A DNA stretch of 64,000 nt, taken from positions 46,936,001 through 47,000,000 of the forward strand of contig NC_086097.1 in the NCBI RefSeq assembly GCF_963921235.1, given 5' to 3'. This document shows positions 60,244 through 64,000 of this stretch, piece by piece. Made by a program: the position numbers and the translations under genes. Under the pieces are notes generated by a model that searched no databases, had not been told where the DNA came from, and saw nothing but the letters and a program-made list of their open reading frames with translations. This DNA comes from Mobula hypostoma (taxonomy: Eukaryota). How positions within the stretch are numbered: position 1 is the first letter of the stretch; each line of letters starts with the position of its first letter.

Positions 60244-61782
60244 CAGTGGAATGCAAAAGTTTGGTCAACCCGGTCAAAATTTCTTTTACTGTGAATAGCT
60301 AAGTGAGTAAAAGATGACCTGATTTCCAAAAGGCATAAAGGTAAAGATGACACAGTTCTGTAATATTTTAAGCAAGATTACTTTTTTATTTCCATCTTTT
60401 ATAGTTTCAAAATAACAAAAAAAGAAAAGGGCCCGAATCAAAAGTTTGGGCACCCTGCATGGCCAGTACTTAGTAACACCCCCTTTGGCAAGTATCACAG
60501 CTTGTAAACGCGTTCTGTAGCCAGCTAAGAGTCTTTCAATTCTTGTTTGGGGGATTTTCACCCATTCTTCCTTGCAAAAGCCCTCTAGTTCTGTGAGATT
60601 CTTGGACTATCTTGCATGAACTTCTCTTTTGAGGTCTATCCACAGATTTTCGATGATGTATAGGTCGGGGGACTGTGAGGGCCATGGAAAAACCTTCAGC
60701 TTGTGCCTCTTGAGGTAGTCCATTATGGATTTTGAGGTGTGTTTAGGATCATTATCCTGTTGTAGAAGCTATCCTCTTTTCATCTTCAACTTTTTTGCAG
60801 GTGGTGTGATATTTGCTTCTAGAATTTGCTGGTATTTAATTGAATTCATTCTTTCCTCTACCAGTGAAATGTTCCCCGTGCCACTGGCTGCAACACAAGC
60901 CCAAAGCATGATCGATCCACCCCCCGTGCTTAACAGTTGGAGAGGGATTCTTTTCATGAAACTCTGCACCCTTTTTTCTCCAAACATACCTTTGCTCATT
61001 GCGGCCAAAAAAATTCAATTTTAAACTTGTTTCCAAAATGCATCAGGCTTGTTTAGATGTTCCTTTGCAAACTTCTGATGCTGAATTTTGTGATGGGGAC
61101 ACAGGAAAGGTTTTCTTCTGATGACTCTTCCGTGAATGTCATATTTGTGCAGGTGTCGCTGCACTGTAGAACAATGCACCACCACTCCAGAGTCTGCTAA
61201 ATCTTCCTGAAGGTCTTTTGCCAAAGTTTTCTTGGTCTTCCAGGCCTCAGCTTGACCTCCACTTTTCCTGTTAACTGCCGTTTCTTAATTACATTACGAA
61301 CTGAGAAAACGGCTACCAGAAAACGTTTTGCTATCTTCTTATAGCCTTCTGCTTTGTGGGGATCATTTATTTTAATTTTCAGAGTGCTAGGTGGCTGCTG
61401 ATTGTTGCAACAAGGTTTGAGGAGCAAGGGTATTTATAAAGCTTTGAAATCTGCATCACCTGGCCTTTCCTAGCGATGACTGTGAACATGCCATTGCCCT
61501 ATCAAGCTAATTAAGGTCTGAGACCTTGGTAAAAGTTATCTGAGAGCTCAGATCTCTTGGGGTGCCCAGACTTTTATATGGCCCTCCTTTTTTTTCGGAC
61601 TCTAAAATAGTACAAAACAAAAATAATACTCTAATCTTGCTTAAACTGTTGAAAAGAATGTTTCAACTTTAACTTTATGACCTTTGGAGATCAGTGCATC
61701 TTCTTAACTATTACTTAACTCACTTAACTATTCACAGTAACAGAAATTCTGACTGGGGTGCCCAAGTTTTTGCACGCCACTG
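60244..61782 (-). mobile_element. Tc1 transposon, IR/DR type, both ends present, transposase decayed
   Basis: TA-CAGTGGAATGCAAAAGTTTGG...TTTTTGCACGCCACTG; ~215-bp TIRs with inner repeats. Motifs GYKKIAKR, GRPRK, TVKHGG, GGSIMLWAC, QQDNDPKH and PSQSPDL.IENLW. Confidence 0.93.
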
Positions 61783-62575
61783 TTTTCCTGATTTTTGCCA
61801 TTTCACTATCAGCATTTATTCATCCAGATGCTGAGAACCAAAACTTTGGAATTCTTTTGCTTTTTCTGCATTAAAATGATTCTTAAAAACTTGCTGTTTG
61901 ACCAATCTCTCATCCAAATGTTGGCTTACAGGACTCGGAGACAAGTTTTAGTTGGTAGATCCTCATAAAACATCTTGAGAAATTATGCTATGCTGTAGGT
62001 GTTGTTTCAATGTAAATACATATATGTTATGACTAGCTCAAACTGGAAGAGGAGCTTTTAAGATGGTATTGAGAGAGTCAAAGCTTTGCATTAGGAGTAC
62101 AGAGAAGTCCCCCTGAAATAAATGGCTGAAGGAGTGCATCACTCAACCCATCAGCTATCAGCTGTGATCCCAAAGTAACCGCATTAGGCACCTCACAAGT
62201 GCAAAATTTGGTTGGGAATAAGTCATCCTTGATCCCAAGAATTGCCTGAAAAGACACATTTCACATTTATATATCACCTAATTATATCCACTGGTCACCC
62301 AAAGGAACTCAAGCCAAAGAAATGCTTTTAAAATGAGGCCACTATTGCAGAAAATGTAGTTGATCACAGGAGATATTTTAATGATAAAATGTTAGTGATA
62401 AATTTAATCAATTGATATATTTTATGATTGTAAAATTATACTTGAAGGCCTTAAAGTTTCTTCTTTTAAAACATGTATTATATAAATAAATCTGAGTAAT
62501 AACCAGTAAAGTCATTCATCTGTTTTGGTAGTCTCCACTTTGAGGTTGTTGGGTGGCTTATTCTATTCGTGAATA

Positions 62576-64000
62576 TCTATAAATTACTAAAATTCTCATT
62601 CTGTTTATCTGTTTGTCAGTTTGTCTGCTTGTGCCCTCAAATTAGCCCAAATGGTGCATTAAAGCGGCACTCTTTTTGACTGAATGGACTTAAAATGCGC
62701 TAACTTACAGAGTGCATGCAAAGGTCAGGGTTATATTCGTATAAAATTGCTCGCTTGTCAACAGGCCCTGCTTTCCACGCCCGATTCCAGCTTTCATGGA
62801 AACCGCGAGGCGACACCACAACGCATGTGCACATCCAGCCTCAGCAGCGCCTCACGATGCTTACAGCTGCGACACCAACCGCAGCGAAAGGGCAGGGGAG
62901 GTCTATTTCGAGCGGTCACATTCTGCTAATCACCATCAGCTTGTGCAGGATTGGGACAGATCAAACTGCGACCTATCAATAAGAGATAATTAAATCTTAT
63001 TGCAATGAAGTACTTCAAAACAACCATCAAATTCTTTGTTGCAGTCAAAGGACAGTGGTGACTATATCACGTCCATTTAGGAGAGCGCCAACCACATCAT
63101 CAAGATAAATCAGCATCGTGGAGGCTTTGGTGTTACTGCTTCGTATCTTCTATCTAGCATTAAGGTAAAAAAAATATGGTCAGCCTAATTATGCCACGTG
63201 GAAAGAGAAGGGAGACATTATGGTCAAGAGATTACGCCAAATGTCATCAGGAAGCGGCAAGGAGAGGGAGAGAACAAGAATTGGATGAGGCCAGGGCCAC
63301 ACGACTCCAGGATCAAAGAGTCAGGACAAAAAAGATGAGAGAAGAAGAGACAGAGGAGGAGAGGCATGCACGTCTCCAAAATGACAATAGTCACAGAAGG
63401 AAGAGAGAACAAGAATCTGATCAGGCCAGAGCTGCATGACTGTGGGATCAGAGAGAAAGAACAAATGGTTGAAGAGATGAAGGATGAAAGGGCTTCGCAT
63501 CTCCAGAATGACAACTGGCATAGAAGGACGAGAGAGTAAGAGACAAAGGAGCTGAGGAATGCACGTCTCCAGGATCAGAGACAAAGAACAAACGGCAGAA
63601 GAGATGAAGAGACGGGGGATGAAAGGGCTGCGCATCTCCAGAATGACAAAAACAGGCACAGAAGGAGGGGAGAGGAAGAGACAGAGGAGAAAAGGAAAGA
63701 TTGATTCGAGAATATGCGGCAAAGAGTAATTGCAAGAGTTGCTGAAGACGACAATGCCCGCTTTCAATGAAATACCTCAACAGAAAAAGAGCAAGACAAA
63801 ATGCACGACTCGCATGCCGTAACGTTTCTACAGATGTTGGTTCGATGATCAGAGTATGCCTTCCTATTTACTGGAGAAACCGCAAATTTCTGCTGTATGA
63901 AGGGAAAGGTCAGGATAGGCAATTTGCAAGCTCTACCCAATGAACTCAAGTTATACAGCAATGATGAACCTATTGCAAACGATTTCAGGAAGAACATCAG
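62576..64000 (+). mobile_element. Helitron 5' portion (runs off the window)
   Basis: A|TCTATAAATTACTAAAA 5' end with (TCTG/TTTG) repeats. Degenerate ORF with EE.R..RL repeats, then GETANFCCMKGKV and ANDFRKNI, typical of the RepHel N-terminus. Confidence 0.8.

Noticed and set aside
13..64000. Remaining short ORFs in the supplied track
   Set aside because: They are fragments or antisense frames of TEs, or chance ORFs, many with non-ATG starts. There is no independent support for them as host genes.

Overview
Vertebrate nuclear DNA. The repeat content (CR1, Rex1/Babar, V-SINE/HE1-type SINEs, Penelope-like fragments) suggests a cartilaginous fish, probably a ray; this is an inference. Two host genes are clear. 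EIF5 is complete on +, with 10 coding exons (14131-18913, 427 aa) and three poor-context upstream AUGs in its spliced leader. MARK3 is represented by its first coding exon (58453-58503). The rest is almost all nested transposable elements. Most notable: (1) a shattered class III (ERV-L/ERV-S-like) endogenous retrovirus with tRNA-Ser PBS, gag, pro-pol and integrase, which can be pieced together across about 30.0-43.3 kb; (2) four solo LTR-like elements of one family, one swollen to 6.7 kb by a ~5.4 kb 39-bp minisatellite that explains all the giant ORFs; (3) about ten Penelope-derived fragments, most with minimal type I hammerhead ribozyme motifs, two of them fold-back insertions whose inversion point lies at the ribozyme core; (4) a candidate HDV-like ribozyme in an EIF5 intron. 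Tigger, Tc1, Gypsy and Helitron relics are also present. All family assignments come from reading motifs by eye; no database search was run.
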